From positions 29,251 to 93,250 of IMG/VR virus record IMGVR_UViG_3300022821_000013: a stretch of 64,000 nt of DNA; one strand, given 5' to 3'. The notes below the pieces were generated by a model. That model had not been told where the DNA came from. It ran no database searches and saw only the letters and a program-made list of their open reading frames with translations. Positions 40,258-51,018 of this stretch are shown in pieces. The first letter of the stretch is position 1. The number at the start of each line of letters is the position of its first letter. Made by a program: the position numbers and the translations under genes. The DNA comes from a virus.

Positions 40258-41110
40258 CCCAAAAAAAGTCTACATCTGGGTAGATTTCCACTGTCTTTGT
40301 TATACCAGTTGATTCTGACGTTACTTCTTGATTCCAATCTAAACCTGGTGATATTGCTCTGATATATTTTTTTAAATCACGACTATCACTTATAGGAATC
40401 TCATTTATAAATTCACCTATAGTTTTGGGTGATGAATCACCATTAACTGATTTGATTATACTTTTTAGATATATAACATTATCAGGTATAACTTCAAGTT
40501 TATGTTTTAAGTTCTTCAGTGTATTTATTTCTGATTCGTATTGTAATGTTGATCCATGTGTTGGTAAACAGAATGTTATCGTTGCACCACATCTGGTTAA
40601 TTCCATTTCAAATTCATTCTTGTTAGTAAATATAGACCAATCATCAAGTTCTTTATCGGTTATGTCCTTTGTAAGATCGACATCTAACTCCATAGTATTA
40701 TATTCATCACCTGGATCAGTTATACTAACTTTATAATCCTTTCCATATGATAATACTCTTGCAGCTACAAGTAATGCTTCTTTATCACCCTCTATCATCT
40801 CATTTAGATTAACACCATTAGTAACTACTATACTTTTTAATAATCTATCAAATAATATACTAGCTCCTTTACTTATTAAGTTTCTAGATGTTAATATATC
40901 TTCATCTCTAGCAGTTAAATATCTCATCTCAACCTCTCCAGATGACAATATACTTTCTTTTGGATAAACCAATCCTTTACTAGGGAGTTTTATCGTTTCT
41001 GATGGGTATTTTGTTCTTACTGGTGCTACCGTGTGTTGTTGAGCTACCTTCATAGCCATTTCTTTGTCCGACAAAGCTGTCGTACTATGTTCACTTTCTA
41101 AATTAGCCAT
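40241..41110 (-). CDS. Tail assembly chaperone / T4 gp26-like baseplate hub assembly protein
   Basis: LPSKGLVYP...G.VEMRYLTARDEDIL...GD..ALL.AAR..SYG..Y; ends DFFW; lies between tube and tape measure. Confidence 0.75.
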   Translation of the reverse strand: MANLESEHSTTALSDKEMAMKVAQQHTVAPVRTKYPSETIKLPSKGLVYPKESILSSGEVEMRYLTARDEDILTSRNLISKGASILFDRLLKSIVVTNGVNLNEMIEGDKEALLVAARVLSYGKDYKVSITDPGDEYNTMELDVDLTKDITDKELDDWSIFTNKNEFEMELTRCGATITFCLPTHGSTLQYESEINTLKNLKHKLEVIPDNVIYLKSIIKSVNGDSSPKTIGEFINEIPISDSRDLKKYIRAISPGLDWNQEVTSESTGITKTVEIYPDVDFFWVGLRE

Positions 41111-41173
41111 TTGCTACCTTTATAATTAAAATATTTAAAAATTCGTCGTATATAAATACAACTTAAAAATATA

Positions 41174-41208
41174 TAATACAACTAATATTTAATTTATTAG
41201 TTGTATTA
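41174..41208 (-). terminator. Hairpin after the tail tube gene
   Basis: 14-bp stem TAATACAACTAATA/TATTAGTTGTATTA. Confidence 0.55.
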
Positions 41209-41237
41209 TTAAATTCAATACAATTGAATAATTGATA

Positions 41238-41726
41238 TTAATATTGTAATATCGCATAATCATATGATAAAACTACTGTACTTTTTACAGCACCACCAGT
41301 TTCCCAATCTAATGCACCTGGTTCATAGTTATTAATAAATGCACCCTTTAATGTCCATTCTTCAATTTTATCACCAACTGGACCTAATAGGTTCAATGTC
41401 AAATCTTTTTTATAGAAATCAGCATAACCATCTCTACCAGTTAAAGACTCATGTGATAAACGAATCCATTCCATCATGGATTGTGCTGCTGATGGTACGA
41501 TTGGATCGTATAACGTTAATGATATATCATTCCAATTACTTTTACCCTTAACCTTTCTGTTAACATTGATGTGGTGTAATACAGTCACTTCATGTTCTAT
41601 TTTAGGTCTTTCTGCCCCATGTATGATAAATGCAGGTACACCTTCAATGTACAACACAAATCTATTAATCTGTTTTGGTTCATATGAGGTGAAAAATATC
41701 TCATTCGGGTCTAATAGTTCTGGCAT
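41238..41726 (-). CDS. Tail tube protein (T4 gp19-like)
   Basis: EPKQ.NRF, KGK..W..I.LTLYDPI, EEWTLKGAF, LSYDYA. Confidence 0.9.
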   Translation of the reverse strand: MPELLDPNEIFFTSYEPKQINRFVLYIEGVPAFIIHGAERPKIEHEVTVLHHINVNRKVKGKSNWNDISLTLYDPIVPSAAQSMMEWIRLSHESLTGRDGYADFYKKDLTLNLLGPVGDKIEEWTLKGAFINNYEPGALDWETGGAVKSTVVLSYDYAILQY

Positions 41727-41772
41727 TTGCCTTCCTCAATTTTATTAGTTCTTTTCTATATATAAATATAAT

Positions 41773-42687
41773 TTAATTTCGTTTTTTAGTTAACAATGTA
41801 TTTATATCTCTCATTGCAACTGGTTTAAATATAGAAACCTCTATACCAGTATCTTGTATATATGAATCAAAATCAACTGGTTGGTACGTAGATGTGTACA
41901 ATTCTATAGTTCCATCTGGATATACCAATGCAATTACACGTTTTAAATCATTTTCATCAGATGCGTTTTTATCTAATATATAATATGGTTTTATCATAAA
42001 TTTATTAGTGTATTTCTTGTACTTTTCTGATGCTTGTAATGGAAGACACCATTCATAACCCATAGTCTGTATACAAGCAGTCACCTGTATATTTGGAGTT
42101 GTAATCATAATACCATTTTCATTATATATAGTTGATATTAGATTTTGGCTTTCATGGTTTATTCTGATTTTATCAGTATCTTCAACGCTATTCATCAATT
42201 TAAGTGCATCTAACGTTTTATCCATATTATCAGTATCTAATACTTCATCTGGATTAACAATTCCAAGACCAGATAGTCTTTGTAGATTTACCATGAAATC
42301 ACGTATATCATCTAGTTTCTTATCATGTTCCACAAAGAATCTAAGTAGTTTCTCAACATACTTCTTATTTGTGGATGGATCCAATGACAATAGTTTCTTG
42401 TATGTATCACCATCTACCTTACCAGACTTTACATATTTATTATATGTATCTTTCTTATAATCACGATTATCAACTCTACTCTTTGGATTTCTTTTAACTG
42501 ATGCTCTGGGTTTTTGTTTGGTAGTTTTACTATCTACTTCTTTCCCAGATGGATGTTTCCATGTACCGTCGGATTGTTTCTGTAAACCAGTTATTAATGA
42601 TATATCACCAGCCTTATATTTGGACGTTCTATATTCACTAATTATATTTTGTATTATATCTAATATTTCATTCTGATTCATCATCAA
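41773..42687 (-). CDS. Hypothetical protein, possibly virion-internal
   Basis: 304 aa; N-terminal IISE (I-x-E), basic linker, ACIQ..GYEWC. Confidence 0.6.
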   Translation of the reverse strand: MMMNQNEILDIIQNIISEYRTSKYKAGDISLITGLQKQSDGTWKHPSGKEVDSKTTKQKPRASVKRNPKSRVDNRDYKKDTYNKYVKSGKVDGDTYKKLLSLDPSTNKKYVEKLLRFFVEHDKKLDDIRDFMVNLQRLSGLGIVNPDEVLDTDNMDKTLDALKLMNSVEDTDKIRINHESQNLISTIYNENGIMITTPNIQVTACIQTMGYEWCLPLQASEKYKKYTNKFMIKPYYILDKNASDENDLKRVIALVYPDGTIELYTSTYQPVDFDSYIQDTGIEVSIFKPVAMRDINTLLTKKRN

Positions 42688-42970
42688 CCTTATTTTTTTT
42701 AGATTTTATCTTATCTGGTTCAATCTTGGGTGTAGGTGTTATTTTGTCTATATAAACGTCTATATTTTTAGAAATACTATCATGTATATTATTATACAAA
42801 TAAGACCAAAATTCATCAGAACCTTTTCTAAAATATTCTTGTATTTTATCTTTATCCAGACTATCTATAAATAATTTATTTATATAATATGATTTATCAG
42901 CTAACATACATTCATCTTCTGTATGATACACTTTACCATTGTAAGACTTGTATAATTTAACTTGTTCCAT
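42668..42970 (-). CDS. Hypothetical protein
   Basis: 100-aa ORF. Confidence 0.6.
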   Translation of the reverse strand: MEQVKLYKSYNGKVYHTEDECMLADKSYYINKLFIDSLDKDKIQEYFRKGSDEFWSYLYNNIHDSISKNIDVYIDKITPTPKIEPDKIKSKKNKVDDESE

Positions 42971-42994
42971 ATAATTCTCTTTAATTTAAATAAT

Positions 42995-43015
42995 GAGGGG
43001 AGTATTAGTCCCCTC
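42995..43015 (-). terminator. Putative intrinsic terminator after the sheath gene
   Basis: GAGGGGA-N7-TCCCCTC hairpin followed by ATTATTT. Confidence 0.65.
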
Positions 43016-43022
43016 TATTATA

Positions 43023-45470
43023 TTATTGCTCGTTAAATGTAGCACCGGTCGGAGTAATATTGAACGGAATTATAATCTGTTCAATTGATTGTGCTGGTTG
43101 TAGTATGATTTGACCTACTAATTGTTTTCTATCTATAACTTCTGGTGTATTAACTGTTTCATTAACTATTACTTGGAATGAATACAAACCTTGTCTTTGT
43201 TGTACAGCTTCTAAATACGCATTAACTATATTCAAGAATATCAATCTTGTAGATGTAGTATTATTCTCAAACACCAACGATCTTACTTGTGACGTTATAA
43301 ATGATTTTAAGTTTATTAATAATCTTCTAACATTCACTCTGTCTAATGAGCTTGGAATACCTTGTAATGTTTTCTGACCCCATATTGCAATTCCTTCTCT
43401 TGGGAATGTAGCAATTGGATTGACTCTTGCATCATACAAAGTATCTCTTTCTTTTCTTGTTAATCTATTTCTAACATCAATAGCACTATTAACTTTACCT
43501 CTATTAAACCCAGCTGGTGCGAACCACGGATTTGATATTCTATCATTATATGCTATTACACCACCAACTACAGTTGTAGGTGGAACCCATACTGGTTTAT
43601 TAGTGTCTGTATCTAGGATTTTAACCCACGGATAATATGTAGCTGAATAATTACTGTCTATCGCTTGAATAGATGATATTGTAGTTGTTATATTTGAATC
43701 TAATCCAGATGGGTCTATTATATAGAATACATCTTGTCTTTCTTCACACATATTCTTAGCATACTCTATTATACCAGAGTGGTATTGATATACTAATCCA
43801 GGTGTTAATAACATATTAATATTATATACATCTGCATTGGATAATATATCTATAGCTCTTTTATAAGAGATGTAACCAGCTGACGTTGTGTTTGTTAAAT
43901 CAAGTCCTTGTGTATTAGCAGCTGACATATCACTACCAACTTTACGTTGTTGATTTGGTTTCCATCCATCAAATCCACCTTGAAATGGAACTATGAATTT
44001 TCTACTTGATATAGCAGTATTTAAACTATTTAAATCTATACTACCTGAGTATGGACTTGTTGAGTTTGGATAATTTGCACCTGCTTCTTGACTATAATTT
44101 GATAATAAGAAGTCTGTGTTTGATCCTGTAGTTTGACTACCAATAACTGGTAATGGTTTTAAGTAATTTGCATTATCAGTATTTGAGAAATCATAATTAA
44201 ATCCAAAATATTTATTTGCATTGTAAGATGCATTTATAGTCTGACTTGTAACATATGAACACGCTACTGGTTGTGTAAATGAACTTGGTAATGGACTTAC
44301 TAATGATTTAAATCCAAAAGGAACCAATGTAGGTGATATAGCTTTATTTTTAACTGTATTAGTTAATTCAACTCTAACATAGTTAGATTTTGTTGAGTAA
44401 TCTCCAGATACAGTTATTTTTCCAGTTGAATCGGATGTTACATATTGATCACCAATAACTCTACCAATATAAGTAGCTGAGTCTGGATCCAAATCACAAG
44501 TGAATCTTTCAACCACATCATGTCTAATATCATCATCTGACGATTTAAACGGTGAACCTTGTATTTTATCACTATTAACCTTTCTAACTACAACGTCAAA
44601 TTGACCATAGTTAGAACCTGCTATAGTTCCAGCTGCTCTGATATTATCAATTGCAACCTTAATTTCATAGTTTGAATTATCACCATGTGATAAAGTTTTA
44701 AACTTAAATAGGTTAGTAGTTGATGAACCAACTTGTTGTGATGTAATCCATGGAGTTTCAGCTTCTGAATATTCTGATGAGAAATCCCAATCTTCTGATG
44801 ATCCAGTTTCAATTGTTATATTAACTTCACCTTCAGATGTTGTAGATATTCTACTAGCTTCATTAGCAAAGTTAGAATATATATATACTGGTTCTGTAGA
44901 GTTTGGACTTGATCCAAATAAACTACCAATCCAACTATTATTCGTAGAGAATAATGATGATGAATATGAAGTTCCATTCTTATCAGTTGCACCAGTAAAT
45001 GCCGATGTGTCTGTTACGTATGAACCAGATACAGTTATTACAAATGATCCAGTTGTTGTAGAACTAGTTACCATTGTACTAGCCTCAAATAAAGCATCAA
45101 TACCATCACTTGTAACTACATATGTAGGGTGTAATGTTGTTATAGAATATTCTCCTAATGAAGACGATGCTACTATATTTATAGGATTTGTAAGTGAATA
45201 ACCACTTGTACCTAATAATCTAATAACAGTTAATGATGTTCCATTTGATAAATATTCTTTAGCTGTATATGATGTATATTGCTTATCGTTCATAGGTCCA
45301 AACTTGTTACTATATTCGTTTCTAGTAGAAACTACCGTAGGAACAAATGCCCTACCCTTAACAGTTGGGCCTATTAATGCTGCACCAATCTCACCTGCCA
45401 CTGTAGATACAAAAGAACTATCTATCTCTTGTGTGTGTATCCCAGCTGATGAACCCATTGCTCGTGCCAT
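43023..45470 (-). CDS. Contractile tail sheath protein (T4 gp18-like)
   Basis: GIHTQEID.S, IGPTVKG, YYPWV, PWFAPAGFNRG, VNPI, WGQKT, RVNVRRL. Confidence 0.95.
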   Translation of the reverse strand: MARAMGSSAGIHTQEIDSSFVSTVAGEIGAALIGPTVKGRAFVPTVVSTRNEYSNKFGPMNDKQYTSYTAKEYLSNGTSLTVIRLLGTSGYSLTNPINIVASSSLGEYSITTLHPTYVVTSDGIDALFEASTMVTSSTTTGSFVITVSGSYVTDTSAFTGATDKNGTSYSSSLFSTNNSWIGSLFGSSPNSTEPVYIYSNFANEASRISTTSEGEVNITIETGSSEDWDFSSEYSEAETPWITSQQVGSSTTNLFKFKTLSHGDNSNYEIKVAIDNIRAAGTIAGSNYGQFDVVVRKVNSDKIQGSPFKSSDDDIRHDVVERFTCDLDPDSATYIGRVIGDQYVTSDSTGKITVSGDYSTKSNYVRVELTNTVKNKAISPTLVPFGFKSLVSPLPSSFTQPVACSYVTSQTINASYNANKYFGFNYDFSNTDNANYLKPLPVIGSQTTGSNTDFLLSNYSQEAGANYPNSTSPYSGSIDLNSLNTAISSRKFIVPFQGGFDGWKPNQQRKVGSDMSAANTQGLDLTNTTSAGYISYKRAIDILSNADVYNINMLLTPGLVYQYHSGIIEYAKNMCEERQDVFYIIDPSGLDSNITTTISSIQAIDSNYSATYYPWVKILDTDTNKPVWVPPTTVVGGVIAYNDRISNPWFAPAGFNRGKVNSAIDVRNRLTRKERDTLYDARVNPIATFPREGIAIWGQKTLQGIPSSLDRVNVRRLLINLKSFITSQVRSLVFENNTTSTRLIFLNIVNAYLEAVQQRQGLYSFQVIVNETVNTPEVIDRKQLVGQIILQPAQSIEQIIIPFNITPTGATFNEQ

Positions 45471-45483
45471 TTAATTTCCTCAA

Positions 45484-45759
45484 TTAATCGTTTTGTATGA
45501 ATTTTTTTCTATCTAAATCTGCTTGACCATGACCATATTTCTCTGAAAGTTCGTCTATCAATTCTCGTTCTTCTTGTATATAAACTTCTTCTTGTCTAAG
45601 TTCTTTCTGAGTGTCACCGTCAATTTTATTAATCATTTCTTGTAACTTATACTTATTTATAACTAATTCTCCAATCTTTAATCTCTGCTTAACTTTTTTA
45701 TCTCTTATTGCAGTGATTTTAGTTATATCGTTTTCTTCTAAATCTAGCTCTTTAGGCAT
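45484..45759 (-). CDS. Small coiled-coil protein
   Basis: ..GEL...L.EKYG.G..DL...F pattern; GAGG site. Confidence 0.65.
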   Translation of the reverse strand: MPKELDLEENDITKITAIRDKKVKQRLKIGELVINKYKLQEMINKIDGDTQKELRQEEVYIQEERELIDELSEKYGHGQADLDRKKFIQND

Positions 45760-45860
45760 ATCAACCTCTATCTTTTAATAATTAAAATATATAAATATAG
45801 ATATGAATGTATAAGTGTTCATATCTTATAATAAATATAAATAAAAAAGCTCAAAATTAT

Positions 45861-46676
45861 TTAACTTTGGTTTATAACGATTTGTTCAGGTTGTATAAAT
45901 TTGGTATTATTGTTATTGTACCAATATTCATCTTGGATTATATAACCATCTAATGTCAAATTGCAATTAGCAGTCACTTTTCTCTCTGTATTAACTGGAT
46001 TAACAGTATCATACATAAACGGACTAAACTTTGATGTGAATTTATAATAATGTTCATCTCCAAATGCAAGTCTATTATATGATAATAGTTTTTGTACTAT
46101 CTCATCTAACTGTGATTCCATATCAGTCCATATAAATACATTATATGTTATATATACATAATCTGGAAATACTATCTTATATTGTGTTTTCTGTCTTTTT
46201 GTATTATTTAATACTGAATATCTGTTGTATGTGTTGTTCTTGTCATAAGAACTATTTGTAGTCCACATAGTCTCGGATTCACGCAATACATTAGGCTTTC
46301 TCATTTCATCTCTGACTTGTATATCAGTCTTTCTTATAGCTATCAACGGACATTGTAATTTATGTTTATCATCTCTCAAATAACCAAATTCATTATGTTC
46401 AGTCCATTTCTCTCTATTCATCCATAATACAGGAACTTTTAAATTTTCATTTTGATTTATAGTTATGTAAGGTGATATTACATCATTAAAATATGTTAGT
46501 AATGCATCAGAATTATCTTCTAATGATACAGTTGGACCTTTTTTATCTGTACCAGTAAATTTTATTTGTTCATGTCGTTTATTAATAGTATGATTATTAG
46601 GTATATCAATATCATTAGTATGTGATGATATTGTATTCTTTAAATCAGGTTTATTATATATTTTAATTTTATCCAT
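45861..46676 (-). CDS. Tail terminator / sheath stabiliser (T4 gp15-like)
   Basis: KVPVLW..REKW, PLIAIR, PDYVYITY; follows the neck genes. Confidence 0.6.
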   Translation of the reverse strand: MDKIKIYNKPDLKNTISSHTNDIDIPNNHTINKRHEQIKFTGTDKKGPTVSLEDNSDALLTYFNDVISPYITINQNENLKVPVLWMNREKWTEHNEFGYLRDDKHKLQCPLIAIRKTDIQVRDEMRKPNVLRESETMWTTNSSYDKNNTYNRYSVLNNTKRQKTQYKIVFPDYVYITYNVFIWTDMESQLDEIVQKLLSYNRLAFGDEHYYKFTSKFSPFMYDTVNPVNTERKVTANCNLTLDGYIIQDEYWYNNNNTKFIQPEQIVINQS

Positions 46677-47167
46677 TATCTAAGAACCCTCTGTGTCATT
46701 GGAAGAGAAGTATCTTTAATTTTATAACCTCTACATTTTATAGATACATTATAACCATGTTCAGTTCCATTGTAACTTGTAGTTGGATTCTTACCTGCAA
46801 AATATTCATTTTGGAATATTTCAGATAATTCAAAAAAATCATTATCCCATTCTAATATATCACCTGTAAATGGCTGATAATTAAAATTTTCTAATTCATC
46901 ATATAAAAATGAAAATGAAATTCCTTGATTATAGTTAAATCCTGTATTTGCACTTTCAAACATAGGATCAGTTCTATCCACTAAACAATTAATTAAAAAT
47001 GGTTCATAATACATTTTGTTCGTTGTTTCACCATAAGTATTATTTGATGTCATATTGGTTGGATCTAATTGAAATACCTTAACTTCGGTATTAATAACTT
47101 TATTTATTAATTCCATATTTAACTTTCTAAACAAGTCCATATCTCTAGATCTATCAAATAATGACAT
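46676..47167 (-). CDS. Neck/head closure protein (T4 gp14-like)
   Basis: N.YGE, P..GDILEW...FFE; follows the gp13-like gene. Confidence 0.7.
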   Translation of the reverse strand: MSLFDRSRDMDLFRKLNMELINKVINTEVKVFQLDPTNMTSNNTYGETTNKMYYEPFLINCLVDRTDPMFESANTGFNYNQGISFSFLYDELENFNYQPFTGDILEWDNDFFELSEIFQNEYFAGKNPTTSYNGTEHGYNVSIKCRGYKIKDTSLPMTQRVLR

Positions 47168-47173
47168 TATAAA

Positions 47174-48319
47174 TTACCTTATGTAAATTTTCAATGGTAT
47201 ATTCAAGAATTGATTTCTAATCGCTTCTGATTCAGCAGTCATTTTTTCTAATTGATTACGTTTAGATAATTTCTCTAATGTATCCATTAACTCTTGTCTT
47301 AAACTTTCTTTCTCTTGTTGAGCTTGTATTAGTAAATCATTATAATTTAATGATACAGTTGAATTTGGTATTGGTATAGTAGAGAATTTACCTCTTATCA
47401 ACCCAAGCCCTTCTTTAGCTAATGCTATAGCATAATTCTTAATCCATTGTCTACCTACAGAATTTATATCTGAGTATTGTATATTATCATAAGGAACATT
47501 ACTATAATCACTAACTATACTATTAGACCCACTAGGTTCAGAAACATCTAATCTTTCATCACGTAATATATATTGATATGTTAATTTATGTGTGTGTTCT
47601 GGAACTGGGAATATACGTAGGTTATTATTTATAAGTTCAAAGCTATACGATGATTTTCTAAATTGATCATTAAATTCAATCGCTTGCATTCTAACTAAAT
47701 CTTCAAACATACTATAAGGTGTTAATGTATAAGTTACACCCTGTGCATATCCTGATAAACCCATTGCATTTAAGAAATCTCTATTACCTAAGTTAGGATC
47801 AAAATATCTTAAATTAGCTGGTATAGCATAATGAAATACACGTTTAATCTCTATACTACCAGATCCACCGTTCTGCTCATACAAGTCCTGTAAATCGTAT
47901 AATTGCACACCTTCTTCTAACTGTACGAATCCCTCTCTCCAATCTAAATTACCACCTGCACCAACTTCAGCTGAATAGTTCTTTGCTATTCCAATAACTC
48001 TATCTAAACTGTGTTTTATTACCTTTCCACTTAGAGATGCATCTCTATCTGAACCTTGAACACTTATAAAGTTATCAATTGTATTGTATTCATTTACAAT
48101 AGCACTATATTCAGTTATAGATTCCTCTATAAATGAATACATTGATCCAGATGTCAATTCGACATCCATAATAGGATAACCAAGTCTATTAGCTATTAAT
48201 GTAGCTATCTTAGGTGCGTCATTCTGAAATTGAATATCATTATCATAATATCCAAAAGGAGTTGACCCTGATACTGGACCTGGACTTCCATCCCAAATAG
48301 GTATTGTTATTGTTGCCAT
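47174..48319 (-). CDS. Neck/adaptor protein (T4 gp13-like)
   Basis: RLGYPIMDVEL, WIKNYAIALAKE.LG.IRGKF..IPIP....LN. Confidence 0.85.
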   Translation of the reverse strand: MATITIPIWDGSPGPVSGSTPFGYYDNDIQFQNDAPKIATLIANRLGYPIMDVELTSGSMYSFIEESITEYSAIVNEYNTIDNFISVQGSDRDASLSGKVIKHSLDRVIGIAKNYSAEVGAGGNLDWREGFVQLEEGVQLYDLQDLYEQNGGSGSIEIKRVFHYAIPANLRYFDPNLGNRDFLNAMGLSGYAQGVTYTLTPYSMFEDLVRMQAIEFNDQFRKSSYSFELINNNLRIFPVPEHTHKLTYQYILRDERLDVSEPSGSNSIVSDYSNVPYDNIQYSDINSVGRQWIKNYAIALAKEGLGLIRGKFSTIPIPNSTVSLNYNDLLIQAQQEKESLRQELMDTLEKLSKRNQLEKMTAESEAIRNQFLNIPLKIYIR

Positions 48320-48343
48320 ATATTAATAAATATAAATGATTTG

Positions 48344-49069
48344 TTATTTTGTGTTCTGATATTTATCAAATCTAATCATAAATTCATCTAAGATTGGATG
48401 TCTATGGTTTGATTGCATTTCAAATGTAGTAAAACCATTTATACCTTGACCACATTCAATTAAAAATTCTAAACCACTATCACGTCTATTCTTTAAATCA
48501 ATTTGTCTATAATCACCACAGAATATCATTTTTGATCCTTTACCAAGTCTTCCAATTATCATCATCACTTGGTCTATAGTTATATTCTGACACTCATCAA
48601 TTATAAGACATGCATTTGAAAACGTAACACCTCGTAGATATGCTAATGGTGATATTACTATATCATCATTATCCATCATATTTTTTATAGTTTGTTTTTT
48701 TTGTGTGGAGCTACCATAACATTTTCTAAAGTTATCATATACTGGTTGTAACCAAGGTTCCATTTTTTCATTTATATTACCTGGTAGGAAACCAATCTCT
48801 TCCTTTGATACTGTTGGTCTAGTTATATGTATTCTATCTATCTCTTTATCAAAAAATGCTGATAACGCATAGTTAACAGCACTCAATGTTTTACCTGATC
48901 CAGGCTTACCGAATAACACGGTAATATCATTTTCGATTATAAGTCTTTTGACTTCTTTTTGTTCTTCATTTAACTGGATGTCAAATGTTGGTTTCGTTTT
49001 TGGTCTTGCTTTTGATTTATTATCAATCTTAATATCTAAAATTTCACCGTTAGTCTTCTTCTTAGCCAT
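48344..49069 (-). CDS. phoH: PhoH-family ATPase
   Basis: GKPGSGKT, TRP, IGFLPG, PLAYLRGVTF, IIDECQN, GD..QIDL, HRHP. Confidence 0.95.
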   Translation of the reverse strand: MAKKKTNGEILDIKIDNKSKARPKTKPTFDIQLNEEQKEVKRLIIENDITVLFGKPGSGKTLSAVNYALSAFFDKEIDRIHITRPTVSKEEIGFLPGNINEKMEPWLQPVYDNFRKCYGSSTQKKQTIKNMMDNDDIVISPLAYLRGVTFSNACLIIDECQNITIDQVMMIIGRLGKGSKMIFCGDYRQIDLKNRRDSGLEFLIECGQGINGFTTFEMQSNHRHPILDEFMIRFDKYQNTK

Positions 49070-49116
49070 AGAAACCTCTTGGTATATTTAAAACTCGTTA
49101 CTATTAATAAATAGAT

Positions 49117-50985
49117 TTAATATTTCAAAATATATTCGCTTTTATGTTTAGATTTGTTATTAAAATGAGAAGTATTATTCTGTAAAAAATACTCATCACC
49201 ATCAGGAAAATACTGCCTAAGATTAGAACTGAAATTTATCAATTTGTTATTAAATTTGTTAATTCCATTTACGATGAATTGGTCTACCCATTCTTCCAAA
49301 GAAGAGTAATAAATATGATTAGAGTAAATTTCTTTATCATAGTATGGTATAGAAGTAAACGTTAAATTAAAGTTGTAAGTATCACTATAATCTTCCAATT
49401 TAGAATTTAATATAGTTACATTATCAAAATTAGAAGATAATAATTTTAATTCATTATAAGTTTCTATATTAGGTTCTAACCCAATATATGTTCCATTTGG
49501 ATATATAGATTTGAATCCTAATAATCTACCACCAAACCCAGCACAAGGGTCTAATACAACTGGAGCTGTATTATCACCTATAAAATGTTTATATATTCTA
49601 GCAGCTACAACTGGTTTGAAAAATGATATTGTATGTCTAAGTGATGACATACCAACATTTATATTTCTAATTGAGAAATCATATACTTCGTCATTACTAC
49701 CAAGACCAAGTCTATTTTTAATAATTTCAGTTACATGTTCATCAGAATTGTAAATTTCATATGGGGATTTTGAGTTGTTATAATGTGATTTCCAATATGA
49801 TTTAAATATTGATTTTAAATATTCATTGCCTACAACTGATGTGTTGTTATTAAATGTTTTATCTTCTAATTTGAAGTTGATAGTTTTATCATATATAGAC
49901 TTTGTTATTGATTGTATATTATAATCACCAAATGGATATGGGTAATCGTCTATAAATTCCCTTATGAATTTTCTATATAACCACATATTTTTATTTATGT
50001 AATCGGCTTTTAATTCTATATAATCTTTACGTATTATAATATCTTTATATGATACATTAATATGGTTATTAGTATTATAATTTAAAATATCATCAATACT
50101 ATTTATATTATAAACGTCCTTCTCCATAATCCTAATTAAATTCGGTATATTTCTATTTTTACGATTATCATTTATAACTTCAGATAATTGTCTATGGTTT
50201 AAATCCTTTAATGTTGTTGGATGCCAATAAACACCATCAACCTCAATATACATATCATGATCATATAAGTAAAAATCTATTATACCAAATTCATGTTGTG
50301 CTTGTGGCTCAAATCTACATCCTGATTGTTCAAGTATAGATTTTATATGTAGTTCTATTTTTGTATCTTTATAGTCACTGGTCATTCCACGTTTTATAGC
50401 TGCTTCACGCATTTTAGATTTACTTTCTTCTGAAAATATATAACCTGTTTTAACTGGTTGATGGTGATCCACATAATTTCGTCTAAATGGTTCGGATACA
50501 AGTAATGTCACCTCTTCTCCACAACCACATTCACAGAATTTTGGTTCGTCATCAAATATATATTTTCTAACATAATCTAATTTATCCATATTATGTTTTT
50601 TCTTAACATGATGTGATAACGTAACTTCATTATGAAATTCGTTATTGCATATTTTACATGTTACTCCATTAGTTTCTTTTATTTTGATACGACGTAAGTA
50701 TTTTTGTCTGAATTCTGGATGTGTCTTTACATACTCATCAATTGTTAATCCACCATGACCATCTCTTAAATGTGTAGCCATTCCTCTGGTTGAATATGTT
50801 TATTTGCATATTCCACACTCCACAACATTATTTTTTAACTCTCTATTTTGGAACTTTAATTTATTTGGTCTAAATTCACCATATAAATTAACATATTCAT
50901 CTGACTTTATTTTATGTGCTTTGAATATATGAGCAGCCATTCCTTTATTGTCAACTTCGTTTTTGCATATGTTGCATATTATCAT
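49117..50985 (-). CDS. C2H2 Zn-finger / NUMOD3-like / PD-(D/E)xK endonuclease / DNA methyltransferase fusion, interrupted by an in-frame TAA at 50800-50802
   Basis: ORFs 50800..50985 and 49117..50781 share a frame: CGICK*TYSTRGMATHLRDGH. Later CKIC..H, CECGCG, FSEESKSKM, DFYL...IEVDGVYWH, VLDPCAGFGGRLLG, TSIPYYDKEIY. Confidence 0.75.
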
Positions 50986-51018
50986 AATAATTATTCATGT
51001 TTGTTAATTAATAATATA

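Noticed and set aside
41151-41768. TATAAATA on the plus strand as canonical T4 late promoters
   Set aside because: They would point away from the genes they precede, and no credible plus-strand genes exist; treated instead as a sense-strand TATTTAT motif.
50800-50802. Stop codon reassignment (alternative genetic code)
   Set aside because: Core genes are intact under code 11 and use TAA, TAG and TGA as real stops; the internal TAA is an isolated case.
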